Assembly (NCBI GenBank): GCA_043805415.1
Contig: JAZDHZ010000034.1
Span: 101,478 to 165,477, forward strand
DNA: 64,000 bases
Reading direction: 5' to 3'
DNA from: Candidatus Omnitrophota bacterium
GTDB taxonomy: Bacteria > Omnitrophota > Gorgyraeia > B26-G9
Part shown: piece after piece, positions 9,201 to 17,668 of the stretch
Layout: each line of letters begins with the position of its first letter
How positions within the stretch are numbered: position 1 is the first letter of the stretch
Notes under the pieces: generated by a model
What the model saw: only the letters and a program-made list of their open reading frames with translations
Told to the model about the DNA's origin: nothing
Database searches by the model: none
Made by a program: the position numbers and the translations under genes

Positions 9201-11184
9201 GAATCCTGATTTGGCGCAGGCCCTGCGGCAGGCATTAAAAAATTATCAGGTAGAATATGCCGGTAATGATGAGGAAAAAATCATTAATCCCAGCGGACTG
9301 GATAAAGATTTATTATATGCGAATGTGAATTTAATCCGCGAAAAATTACTTAACCTTGATTACCAACAGTTAATCAAGGAAAATTATCCTGCTTTGAATA
9401 ATAAACTTATTGCTGAGTATATGAACAGGTCGGGATGGTATTCCGCGGCAGTGCCAAATAAAATAGCGCAGACTTTGCTTAATATCGCGGTTTTACCTGG
9501 AAATCCAGAGTCTGTTATGGAAAGTCTTACCACTATTCTTGGCCACGACAACACTATTAGCGGGGAAAAGCGGGTATTATTAGATCAGGCGTTTGCCAAT
9601 GCCGCCGCGATTGCTCATGACTCGGTATTTAGAAAAGGAGATTTGTTTGTCTTAAACAAGTTTAATGATCCTGAAGCTAATCAGAAGGTGCTGTCTTTTG
9701 CCCGGTATATGGGAAATGGCAGAAAGGCGATGGTAATCAGTAATTTCAATGACTCGCGCATTAACGGAACCCTTTTGCTCAATCAGCATAATTTTGACAA
9801 AATATTTAATATCTCCAGCACTCCAGGCAGTTATTATGCTTTGATTGACAGGGTAAGCGGAGAAATATACCTGCGTGAAGGAAAAGATTTGATCGCGCAT
9901 GGTTTGTATTTTGATCTTCCGGCTCAGTCCACGCATGTTTTTATGGTTCAGAGTTTACAGGATAATACAGCCAATGTTTTGCGGTCTAAATGTAATTATT
10001 ATAATGGCAAATCTCTGCCGCTGGAAGAAATTCTTTCGCTATTAAATAATTTTGGGCTGACTTTGGATTTTCCCTGTGTGGGAAAAACAGCGCGGGCTTT
10101 TGTTCTCCAGGGTCTTTTAAACAATGTTCCGGCAAATCAATTGATCCAGGCTTTTAAAAACAATCCGGAAATCAAGATAATCGAATTTGGGTTAAACCCG
10201 GCGGAAATCGCCGCTGAGATTAGCAAATTAGCGCAAGAGTATCAAGCTGATAAGCAAGTTCAGGCTTTATGCCAGGGCCTGCGGTTTTTAAATCAAAGAG
10301 GAGCATTAAATGAAATAAATCTTGTCCTGGTTTTAAATCAGGACAAAACATCAGTTGAGGCTGTTCAGTATTTTGATCATGGTTCAAAAAGCAGGAAAAG
10401 TTATTTGTATGTTAATTTGTCGCGGCTGAATCTGGATTCAAATAATAATTCTGAAACTAAACTTTCCGCCGCGTTAATAATCGGCGCGCGGATATCACGC
10501 CAAGGGTCGATCGCGGATTATGAATTAAGCCGAACCCTTAAAGCATTTTTAGCGCTTTGGGCGCGAGACGACGCGACTTTGCCAGGGTTAATCGACAGTG
10601 AACACAAAAGGATAAAAGGCATGTTGGAATATCTTGAAACAAATCTTAATTCAGTAATAGATGAATGGAAGCTGCCGTTTCATTATAACCTGGGACATGA
10701 TACGCTGTTAAGCCACTCTTTAAGGCGCGTAGTCATGGATTTGTTTTTAAAACAAAATACTGATAATCAAGTCAGTTTAGCCACTGTGCATAATTTTGCT
10801 TATTTCTTGGCGTATTATTTGGCTGATTCCGGACAGGCAGATAAGCTTCGCGATATTTTGCTTCAAGGATTTTCTGGAAAAAAAGCATCTTTTTATGAAC
10901 AATATTTTCTTACCAGCTTTATCTCCGGAGCACTGGTTTTAAGGGACAGCAGCATAGACGCGATTTTTATTGATTTACTGGAAAATCCTTTGCCGCAAAC
11001 GGATCTTGCCTTGCGGGAAAAAATTATAAAAACAATGTGCGGTCTAAACCGTTTTGATTTAAAATTAAACAAAATCTCAGTCAAAGAGTTGGGGGCGGTT
11101 CTCCAATCCGGCAAAGCTATTGAATCACTTCCTGAGGCAACAGTCGCGATCAGGCAGTATCAGGCGATTGGACAGGCGATTTAA
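6256..11184 (+). CDS. giant terminal-signature family protein carrying a GH77 4-alpha-glucanotransferase (amylomaltase) domain
   Basis: Leader 'FIILQCFIIINSQSIFA', N-box 'TLSPHLSIGMNLIQAIF', tail 'GQAI-stop'. GH77 blocks 'GDIPFYVS', 'GAPPDQYDREYGQNWGGTPY', 'GIRIDHFRA', 'FAEDLG' and 'GTHDTQTW' lie at nt 7666-8220. AAAGGAG Shine-Dalgarno sequence. Confidence 0.9.
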   Translation: MFFRKRNSYRVKITTFIILQCFIIINSQSIFAQEQRIVLSRQQTSTLSPHLSIGMNLIQAIFSEKSQQPIAASNLPGTLISLRDTGSIKELLSGKDVFLNDLWARKTLGVPTAISSLRSEDNNFDLWDWGKGDMGESSRQHILWLAKNGFSRWMRLPNRKTRALFGDPSPYASRSAFAGEDSDIAVPEVEEFINSKQAQAWYEQNKNRIKDLHNANRVNGMEVARLKNEALWLAMEYFKENHLNKNTSRGKAFDSFLNDKDNDWVSEYAEYMAISEYYWDTKKAVFFEINEDIWSNIDQKLKGLVHDLNVAISTDKIKDVGRLYEMIDDFFAQYYQNSIVANETDIFRLNIYQSLLDKIKQGILKDLVRGNIKSLVEADEPECAKILLDGYERSKQAFRYDIKDAIGQECMADWRNWDNAGLVERDPIVLAQFREKLEDKILFHKYAQFIFNEQEKNMKEFANSNGIAIEGDIPFYVSTISCETWVYKDKIFRLDPKNRYQQMADSGAPPDQYDREYGQNWGGTPYYINAAFKQFFYKRTKHELKNADGIRIDHFRALNDFWVIPHGKLGRDGKFEDGPKDELLQPLLNLALGQFKRFFAEDLGSYLEGVWDLMRDNEVKGFRVAIFGHGDDDDIVHRQYSGQIAFSGTHDTQTWFGAWNQWDSVKRRIFLDRFTHDDIPEIWQRLTSEQRKGFLKYLNYLVKQLKADTANINKHSEFQSESKDFFTENNFKTQLKKVRVITRSLVDLEELPFGVQTAVFGILAFSEADTVFLPMQDIFRQGEEFRINVPGRPGDWGYRHPYTGQELNKAINEEIKKADELMRLLAQTSGRDVSVPLYKKGQGVHILGVSPGVNAKKMCKPGEEFIIWAAVQGDKPAKVNLLTNMPEHNGAYPKEQAVAMELVKELKSGTYLYGVRIRATQPGKWGVAVEADNVRAGEVKENTSLVVSALDKIAPLAKEQEAVLRIAAGISKEKLQRILNELNPDLAQALRQALKNYQVEYAGNDEEKIINPSGLDKDLLYANVNLIREKLLNLDYQQLIKENYPALNNKLIAEYMNRSGWYSAAVPNKIAQTLLNIAVLPGNPESVMESLTTILGHDNTISGEKRVLLDQAFANAAAIAHDSVFRKGDLFVLNKFNDPEANQKVLSFARYMGNGRKAMVISNFNDSRINGTLLLNQHNFDKIFNISSTPGSYYALIDRVSGEIYLREGKDLIAHGLYFDLPAQSTHVFMVQSLQDNTANVLRSKCNYYNGKSLPLEEILSLLNNFGLTLDFPCVGKTARAFVLQGLLNNVPANQLIQAFKNNPEIKIIEFGLNPAEIAAEISKLAQEYQADKQVQALCQGLRFLNQRGALNEINLVLVLNQDKTSVEAVQYFDHGSKSRKSYLYVNLSRLNLDSNNNSETKLSAALIIGARISRQGSIADYELSRTLKAFLALWARDDATLPGLIDSEHKRIKGMLEYLETNLNSVIDEWKLPFHYNLGHDTLLSHSLRRVVMDLFLKQNTDNQVSLATVHNFAYFLAYYLADSGQADKLRDILLQGFSGKKASFYEQYFLTSFISGALVLRDSSIDAIFIDLLENPLPQTDLALREKIIKTMCGLNRFDLKLNKISVKELGAVLQSGKAIESLPEATVAIRQYQAIGQAI

Positions 11185-11185
11185 T

Positions 11186-14100
11186 ATGTCAGGAATTTTT
11201 AAAACTAAAATTTTAAATAGATTTCTCTGTCTGGTTATTTTGCAGATATTTCTTGTTTCCAATTTTTCCTGGGCCGCGGATGATTTGCGCGCGAATGATT
11301 TAGTTTATTCCAGCGCAACGCTTTCTCCTTCGCTTCAAATCAGCGCTGATGCGCTAAAACAATATTTTGCCCAATCCTTTGATTTAAAAACCGCGGCAAA
11401 TATAGATCCGGTTATAAAAGATATTTGCTTAGAGCTGTATAAGGCCAAGGATAAAACCACAAAAATAGAAGTTCTGGCCCTTGAGCAAGGCTATAGAGTA
11501 AAGATCAGGACTCAGAGCAATACGCCGCTTGTTTTACATTGGGGGTTTAATAATTGGCAAAAGCCTTTTAAGGAAATCTGGCCCCAGGCAGAGAATATCC
11601 GCACTTATTTTGATGAGCAGACCAAAGCAATGCGGACCATAGTCGAGGCTTCAGCTGAGGGAGATTATGTTTTTAATATTGATATCCCCTGGGAATTAGT
11701 TTCAGGAATAAACAATATTGATTTCACCTTCTTTTGCCCAGAAACCAAAGAATATAAGAAAGCAATTGAAAATAAGGATTATGTTGTGCCGGTTTCTAAT
11801 GTCTTGAACCTGGCCTTGGCGCGCTTGGCTGAAAATGCCGGGGCAGATGATCCTGAAAAAAAGCACGATCTGCTTAATTTGATAAACAAAAGGCTGGCTG
11901 CGGCCAAAGATTCAGCGGAAATAGATGAAAACAATATTCCTTTGTTTTATGACGCGCATGAAAATATTATTACCCAGATTGTGAAAAACAAAGCAGGAAT
12001 CAGAATTGATTTCTGGGTTGTAAGTAATGAGCCGCTGGTTTTACATTGGGGAATAAATGATTGGCAGTTGCCGCCAAAAAGCATTTGGCCGGACCGGACA
12101 TTATATAAAACCCGGGCTTATGAAAAAAAAGCAGTGCAAACTCAGATGCATTTGGCTTCTAAAGACGGTTTGTACCAGACCTCGATTTACATCCCTAACC
12201 AGAATTTAAAAGAAGTTAAAAACATCAAGTACAATGTACATTATCCAAATAATGGGTATTGGGATAATAATAATGAAGAGGATTATAGTTTATCGCTGCA
12301 AGCCCAGGATCTTATAGCCGCTTTGCTGCCTTACGCGACAGGCAGATTCGCTGCCCACATAAACGCCAAACAAGCTCGCGGCTTGTTAAAGAACATGGCG
12401 TTTTTCTACGCTGAGAATATGAATTACACTGATTTGTTAAAGCTTTTTCAGGGGATGGAAGGCATTGCCCCTGGGGATGATCTTGAAAAAAAAGATGTTT
12501 TGGGATTAATCCTTATTGCCAAATTAATGAACGAAGGCGCGGTTTGGGATAGTGACAAAGCTAAGATTATTATCAGTAAACAAAAGATCAGCGCCGCGAT
12601 AGCGGAGTTGATTGATAAACTTGACCCCTTAAGTGTGCAGTGGGCATTATATATATTCGGACTGCTTGACCCTTCCTGGGTCTCAATCCTTACGCATCAG
12701 CTTGATTATAAGCAGATATACCAGGATGTGCAAAACAGCAAGATCAAAGACCTGCCGAAATTTATCCAAGGGATAATCAACAGTTATGATGATTTGGAAG
12801 GAGCGCCGCAGGTTCTTTCCGCTGAGAGTATTGATGAAACCTGCCTGATCATAAAATTGAAATTCAATGATCAGATCATCAGTACAAAATGGGGCTATCC
12901 GACAAAACAGCAAAAGTATTATTATCAAAATGGGATTTTTGAACTAAGAGATTTCGGGGGAAATGAATTTTCGCCGGTAGGCCGTAAGCTTTCGCGTTAT
13001 GTGGATAAAGAAGTGATAAAAACCCAGATCTCCAGGCTGCGTGGCAAAGGCAAAAAGGCGATTGTTGACGGAATTTCCTGGCAGTCTCCGGAAGCGCTTA
13101 ATTCGGATAATTATATGTATTATCATCATAGTCTGCTGGAAAAAGACGCGGATGTCAGGAATTTATTGCTTTCCCGTGGTTCTTCCACGATCTTAGAACT
13201 TCCGGACGGGAAAAAAGCCTGGGTATTTCATCGGCCTGATTCATCAGATCAGCTTTCGCCTAATCTTAAATTCGGAACAAAGGCAGCGGAATACTGGAGA
13301 AATTATTGGCTGGAGTATTATAAATATTTTATCAATGAATTTGACGTGGATGGATTCAGGGTGGATTTACCCGGAGAGTTGAATCATCATGGAGATTATT
13401 CGGTATTTAAGAGTGTTTGTTTTGATATAGTGCGGTACGCGGCGGCAAAAGGCAAAAAAATATATTTTATTTTAGAAACATATCATGGGTACGCGAATAT
13501 CTGGGGCTGGGATGAGTTTTCCGCGTTAAATCATGATCCGCAGATAGCGCAATACGGCTATAAACCTTTCCGCTGTTATTATAAGCCGGTAATGACCAGT
13601 ATTTACCGCGGCAGCGCGTTTGATCTAAGAGCTGCTTTTGAACGCATAGCCGGCAGTGTTCAGGAATTGGTTATTTCAATTACTAATTTTGACGAGAAAA
13701 AAGCCGAGGATATTATTCCTGAAAAACAAAGGCTTAAGCGTTATATGGAGCTTTTGTATAATTTTGCCCGCGCGGGATTTGATGTAATGATTTATTTACG
13801 GGATTTAGGTCTGGGCGATATTTTGCCGATGTGCGGCGGAGATCGGGTTCTCTGGGGCGGAAAGCTGAGGGTTGTGGCGCATAAGCCGGCTACTCCGCGT
13901 CAGTTTCGGCAGAGATTGGAGCAAAGCACAGGCGATTTGCTTGAACAATCTCCTTTATATCAGGCGTTTAAAAAATCGCCGCAAAGCCCCTTATCGCGGC
14001 TGTTCTTCCGCGGCAATAAGTTAGTTTTTTATCAGCCGGGAAAAACTCCGGAAGTGTTTGATCTGGATAAGATGGCTAAGCCTGCTCCACCGGTAAAAGT

Positions 14101-15142
14101 TATGGACAGTGAGGAGGATATAAATATTTGGCTGCAGCAGCAGGTTTATTCATTAACAAATAATGAGCCGCAAACCCAAGCCTTAAGAGAAATTGAAAAT
14201 ACTTTAAAACGATTTAAGCATAGTGCAAGTGCAATGGCGGGAAAAGCTGTTTTGGCTCTGGTCTGTTCTGAGACTAAGAATTTCGCGGTTTGGGATCAGG
14301 CAAAAGGCCAAACTCAATGCCTGCGCATGCCGGTAAATAAAGTATTGGCCATAAAAAATGACCATGCTTTTGTTGTGGATATTAAACAAGCTGGCAAAAG
14401 CGAATCCCGCAGAATCCCGGCGCTGCAAATCAAGCAAAGCGGCAAATATTTGGCAATGGTTTTTGGCTTGGCTCCGGGTAAATACAGGTTTAATTTTTTG
14501 TGGCAGGAAAAACATGAAAACCAGGGCTGGGAAGAAGGCAATGGCTATGAGCTTGAAGTCAGTTCTCCGAAGACCGGGCAACCAGAGCTGGCGGTCTATA
14601 TCCCGCGTTTATCCGCTGAATATTTAAGGGATTGGGATGAAATGTTTTATCAGGCAAAAGATGCTGGCCGCAATCTGCTGACCGGAGATATGCTTACAAA
14701 GGGAATGCTTGAAAATATAGAATCCTCGATTGATTTTACCCTGCGTTATGAGTATGGCCGGGAGATTTTAGAACAAATTAAAGACAAAAAGAAAAAGCAG
14801 GTTTTCAATATTTTATATAATCAAATTTCGCAAAACCCGCGAGGCCGATACAGTTTACTGCATCATCACCATGAAAAAGATTTTTTTAAATTAGCGGAAA
14901 CTGTGCTTGAGAGTATCCCGGGTTTAGCAAGACCAGAGGCAGCCCCAATATGGCAATATTTGGACGCGCTCAAACAAGCGGATAATCCTGACCAAGGAGA
15001 ACAAAGCCAAATAGCCGTAAATATAAAACTGCTTGGTTTTATGTCTGGTTTGTTCGCGCAGATCGAAGCCCTGTCCGCGGCTAAACCCCTTGAGCTTTGG
15101 CTTAATATTGAAGCGGAGTTTTTGATTGGACAGGCAATATAG
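11186..15142 (+). CDS. terminal-signature family protein with GH13-like alpha-amylase-family core and two starch-binding-like modules
   Basis: The ATG lies 1 nt after the upstream TAA. Leader 'FLCLVILQIFLVSNFSWA', N-box 'TLSPSLQISADALKQYF', tail 'GQAI-stop'. 'VDGFRVDLPGEL', 'YFILETYHG' and 'ITNFDE' resemble GH13 regions II-IV. Tandem 'PLVLHWG.N.WQ.P' modules. Confidence 0.85.
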   Translation: MSGIFKTKILNRFLCLVILQIFLVSNFSWAADDLRANDLVYSSATLSPSLQISADALKQYFAQSFDLKTAANIDPVIKDICLELYKAKDKTTKIEVLALEQGYRVKIRTQSNTPLVLHWGFNNWQKPFKEIWPQAENIRTYFDEQTKAMRTIVEASAEGDYVFNIDIPWELVSGINNIDFTFFCPETKEYKKAIENKDYVVPVSNVLNLALARLAENAGADDPEKKHDLLNLINKRLAAAKDSAEIDENNIPLFYDAHENIITQIVKNKAGIRIDFWVVSNEPLVLHWGINDWQLPPKSIWPDRTLYKTRAYEKKAVQTQMHLASKDGLYQTSIYIPNQNLKEVKNIKYNVHYPNNGYWDNNNEEDYSLSLQAQDLIAALLPYATGRFAAHINAKQARGLLKNMAFFYAENMNYTDLLKLFQGMEGIAPGDDLEKKDVLGLILIAKLMNEGAVWDSDKAKIIISKQKISAAIAELIDKLDPLSVQWALYIFGLLDPSWVSILTHQLDYKQIYQDVQNSKIKDLPKFIQGIINSYDDLEGAPQVLSAESIDETCLIIKLKFNDQIISTKWGYPTKQQKYYYQNGIFELRDFGGNEFSPVGRKLSRYVDKEVIKTQISRLRGKGKKAIVDGISWQSPEALNSDNYMYYHHSLLEKDADVRNLLLSRGSSTILELPDGKKAWVFHRPDSSDQLSPNLKFGTKAAEYWRNYWLEYYKYFINEFDVDGFRVDLPGELNHHGDYSVFKSVCFDIVRYAAAKGKKIYFILETYHGYANIWGWDEFSALNHDPQIAQYGYKPFRCYYKPVMTSIYRGSAFDLRAAFERIAGSVQELVISITNFDEKKAEDIIPEKQRLKRYMELLYNFARAGFDVMIYLRDLGLGDILPMCGGDRVLWGGKLRVVAHKPATPRQFRQRLEQSTGDLLEQSPLYQAFKKSPQSPLSRLFFRGNKLVFYQPGKTPEVFDLDKMAKPAPPVKVMDSEEDINIWLQQQVYSLTNNEPQTQALREIENTLKRFKHSASAMAGKAVLALVCSETKNFAVWDQAKGQTQCLRMPVNKVLAIKNDHAFVVDIKQAGKSESRRIPALQIKQSGKYLAMVFGLAPGKYRFNFLWQEKHENQGWEEGNGYELEVSSPKTGQPELAVYIPRLSAEYLRDWDEMFYQAKDAGRNLLTGDMLTKGMLENIESSIDFTLRYEYGREILEQIKDKKKKQVFNILYNQISQNPRGRYSLLHHHHEKDFFKLAETVLESIPGLARPEAAPIWQYLDALKQADNPDQGEQSQIAVNIKLLGFMSGLFAQIEALSAAKPLELWLNIEAEFLIGQAI
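11460..12295 (+). repeat. two tandem ~110-aa starch-binding-like modules (intragenic duplication)
   Basis: 'NTPLVLHWGFNNWQKPFKEIWP' (about nt 11520) and 'NEPLVLHWGINDWQLPPKSIWP' (about nt 12029), each followed by 'A(M/V)(R/Q)T...' and a Y/W-rich beta region. Confidence 0.6.
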
Positions 15143-15196
15143 ACTTAGGTTTGTTTTTGTTTGCATTCCGCGCTAGAACTATTTATAATAGTAAAC

Positions 15197-15937
15197 ATGT
15201 CAAATTCTTCTGAGAAAAAACTGATTCCTTTTCCGATTTTAATCATCTCGATTTCCGTCGGGGTGCTGGGCGTGCTCCTGGCTTTTGATCTGCCGCCGGT
15301 GAGCGCTTATGAGCGGCAGCTGCTAAAAGACTTGATCCTGATCCTGCTATTTATAATCTTTTCCTATTTTATTCTGCGCGCACCAATTAAAAAAATCAGA
15401 GAAAAAATTTTTACAATCGTAAATAATAAGCTTTTTGATTCAAAGAAAATCACGGCCTTAATTCCCGAGGATTTTGCTCAGGAGATAGTCAAAGAAAAAG
15501 GATTCGCGTTTTGCTATCCAAAGACTTGGTTTCTTACCGCTGCCTGCGAACCTGGTTTGTATAAAGAAGCCAGAGAACAGCTGCTTGAGCCGGGGATCAG
15601 CGGAACAAGAAATTTTAATATTTCTTATCATGATATCCGGCTTGCTCCGGACCTGGAGAAAATGTTTAAAGCGATTATTAATGCCGTGCTCGAGGTTTTA
15701 AAATCCTCGAAGCTTGAGTTTAAGCAGAGCTTTAAGAATGATCAATTTCTCGGCATGCGCTATAAAGTAGTTTATCGAAATGCGCAAGGATTAGACTTGG
15801 CTTGCTACCAAGTGGTGCTTACAAACCAGCATAAGCGGAATATGCTGATCTTTACCTTTACTTCCCAGACAAATGATTTTGATAAATCAAAGCCTTTATT
15901 TGATAAAATCGCCGGTCTGGCAAAAATCTTCGATTAA
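15197..15937 (+). CDS. hypothetical membrane protein
   Basis: Two N-terminal hydrophobic helices ('FPILIISISVGVLGVLLAF', 'LILILLFIIFSYFIL'). No family recognised. ATG 15197 preferred over 15161. Confidence 0.6.
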   Translation: MSNSSEKKLIPFPILIISISVGVLGVLLAFDLPPVSAYERQLLKDLILILLFIIFSYFILRAPIKKIREKIFTIVNNKLFDSKKITALIPEDFAQEIVKEKGFAFCYPKTWFLTAACEPGLYKEAREQLLEPGISGTRNFNISYHDIRLAPDLEKMFKAIINAVLEVLKSSKLEFKQSFKNDQFLGMRYKVVYRNAQGLDLACYQVVLTNQHKRNMLIFTFTSQTNDFDKSKPLFDKIAGLAKIFD

Positions 15938-16038
15938 ATTTAAATCCGCGGGAACTTTTTGTTTAAAAATTTGTCTAACTATATACAGAGGAAATGAGCC
16001 GGATTAAGGTCAGAGTTTAAGAATTAAAGGAGGCAAAG

Positions 16039-17487
16039 ATGAAGAAAATTCTGGTTTTATTAAGCTTTTGTTTATTGGTTAATCTGAACGCGAATGCGAT
16101 TGCTTTGGCTGGCGAAGAGACAAGCACGGCTTTAGATCAAAAACAAGTGGCGATTACGATTTACAATAATAACCTGGGCTTAGTTAAAGATGTGCGGGAG
16201 ATTAAATTAAGTTCCGGCGTGCATGATCTGAAATTCATGGATGTGGCCAGTCAAATCAGGCCGGTGACAGTGAATATAAAATCATTATCCGCGCCGGATA
16301 AACTCTCTGTGCTTGAGCAGAATTATGAATATGATCTATTGAACGCGCAAAAACTTTTGGATAAATATGTGGGCAAACAGGTAAAACTATTGGATAAAAA
16401 TTATTATACCGGTAAAGAAGAAATAGTAACCGCCGAGCTTTTAAGTAATAATGGTTCGCCAATATACAAAATTAATAATGAGATCCAGGTTAATCCTTTG
16501 GGCCGGATAATTCTCCCGGAGATTCCGGATAACTTAATTGCCAAGCCCACGCTGATCTGGATGTTGAAAAACAGCAATCCCAAGCAGCAGGATATTGAAG
16601 CCTCGTATTTGACTAATGGGATTAACTGGAAGGCTGACTATATCGCGGTGATTAATCAGGATAATACAATCGCGGATTTAAGCGGCTGGGTTACGATTGA
16701 GAATAATAGCGGAGCAACATATAAAAATGCTCAGATAAAACTGGTTGCCGGAGATGTAAACCGGGTGCAGGAAGATCGGGGTTATGCTGGCCGGGCAAAG
16801 GCAAGCAGGATGATGGAACAAGACGCGGTGAAAAGCTTTGCCGAAGAAGCGTTTTTCGAATATCATTTATATACATTGCAAAGACAATCGACAATTAAAG
16901 ATAATCAAACCAAGCAGCTCGAATTATTAAAAGCAATGGATATTCCGATCAATGAAAAATTGATTTATTATGGAGCGGATTATTATTTCCGCAACCAGTA
17001 TACCGGACAGGCGCAGTCAAAGGAAAAAATCGGGGTGTTTTTGGAAATTGAAAATAAGCAGAAAAATAATTTAGGCATGCCGCTTCCGGCCGGAGTTATC
17101 CGCGCTTATAAAAAAGATAAAGAAGGCAGTCTGCAATTTATCGGAGAAGATAAAATCGATCATACTCCTAAAGATGAGAAAATCACAATTAAAATGGGCG
17201 ATGCTTTTGATGTAGTTGGAGAAAGAAAACAGCTGGAGTATCGGATTCTTTCAAAAAACGCCGCGCAGCGTTTTGATACAGAGCAGCAATGGCAGATCAA
17301 GCTGCGCAATCACAAGGAAAAACCAGTGGAAGTGGAAGTTGTTGAGCCGATTCCCGGAGACTGGCAAATAGTTAATGCTTCGGAAAAATATATTAAAACC
17401 GAAGCCAATACCATTAAATTTGTGGTAAAATTAAATAAAGATGAAGAAAAAACAATTGATTATCAAGTAAAAATCAGATACTGGTAA
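16039..17487 (+). CDS. DUF4139 domain protein (MuiA-like), secreted
   Basis: Signal peptide 'LVNLNANAIALA'. 'VAITIYNNNLGLVKDVREI' and the overall beta-rich layout match my recollection of DUF4140/DUF4139. GGAGG Shine-Dalgarno sequence. Confidence 0.7.
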   Translation: MKKILVLLSFCLLVNLNANAIALAGEETSTALDQKQVAITIYNNNLGLVKDVREIKLSSGVHDLKFMDVASQIRPVTVNIKSLSAPDKLSVLEQNYEYDLLNAQKLLDKYVGKQVKLLDKNYYTGKEEIVTAELLSNNGSPIYKINNEIQVNPLGRIILPEIPDNLIAKPTLIWMLKNSNPKQQDIEASYLTNGINWKADYIAVINQDNTIADLSGWVTIENNSGATYKNAQIKLVAGDVNRVQEDRGYAGRAKASRMMEQDAVKSFAEEAFFEYHLYTLQRQSTIKDNQTKQLELLKAMDIPINEKLIYYGADYYFRNQYTGQAQSKEKIGVFLEIENKQKNNLGMPLPAGVIRAYKKDKEGSLQFIGEDKIDHTPKDEKITIKMGDAFDVVGERKQLEYRILSKNAAQRFDTEQQWQIKLRNHKEKPVEVEVVEPIPGDWQIVNASEKYIKTEANTIKFVVKLNKDEEKTIDYQVKIRYW

Positions 17488-17590
17488 GAAAACGTAGGGC
17501 CACGGCGTGACGTGGCCGTATCATTAACCATAATTATTATATCCGTACCCACCATATATTGTGTTTAAAAAGTTTTTTTTAGCAAATATG

Positions 17591-17619
17591 TTGCATATAT
17601 TGCGTTAATCTGATATAAT
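17591..17619 (+). promoter_or_regulatory. extended -10 promoter for smc
   Basis: TTGCAT (17591-96), 17-nt spacer, TGa TATAAT (17614-19). Confidence 0.6.
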
Positions 17620-17668
17620 TTTTCCATGCAAGGGATTGCCCCTGCTTAAGATAATATAGGGATATAAA

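Noticed and set aside
11120-11185. Upstream extension of the second giant ORF, overlapping the end of the first (ORF-track start 11120).
   Set aside because: ATG 11186 sits 1 nt after the upstream TAA and yields a family-type leader (MSGIFKTKILNRFLCLVILQIF...). The extension has no leader character and overlaps the conserved GQAI tail of the upstream gene.
17498-17517. GC-rich hairpin GGCCACG-GCGTGA-CGTGGCC after the DUF4139 gene, considered as an intrinsic terminator.
   Set aside because: No U tract follows it. It may still be a stabiliser or protein site, but the evidence is insufficient to call it a terminator.
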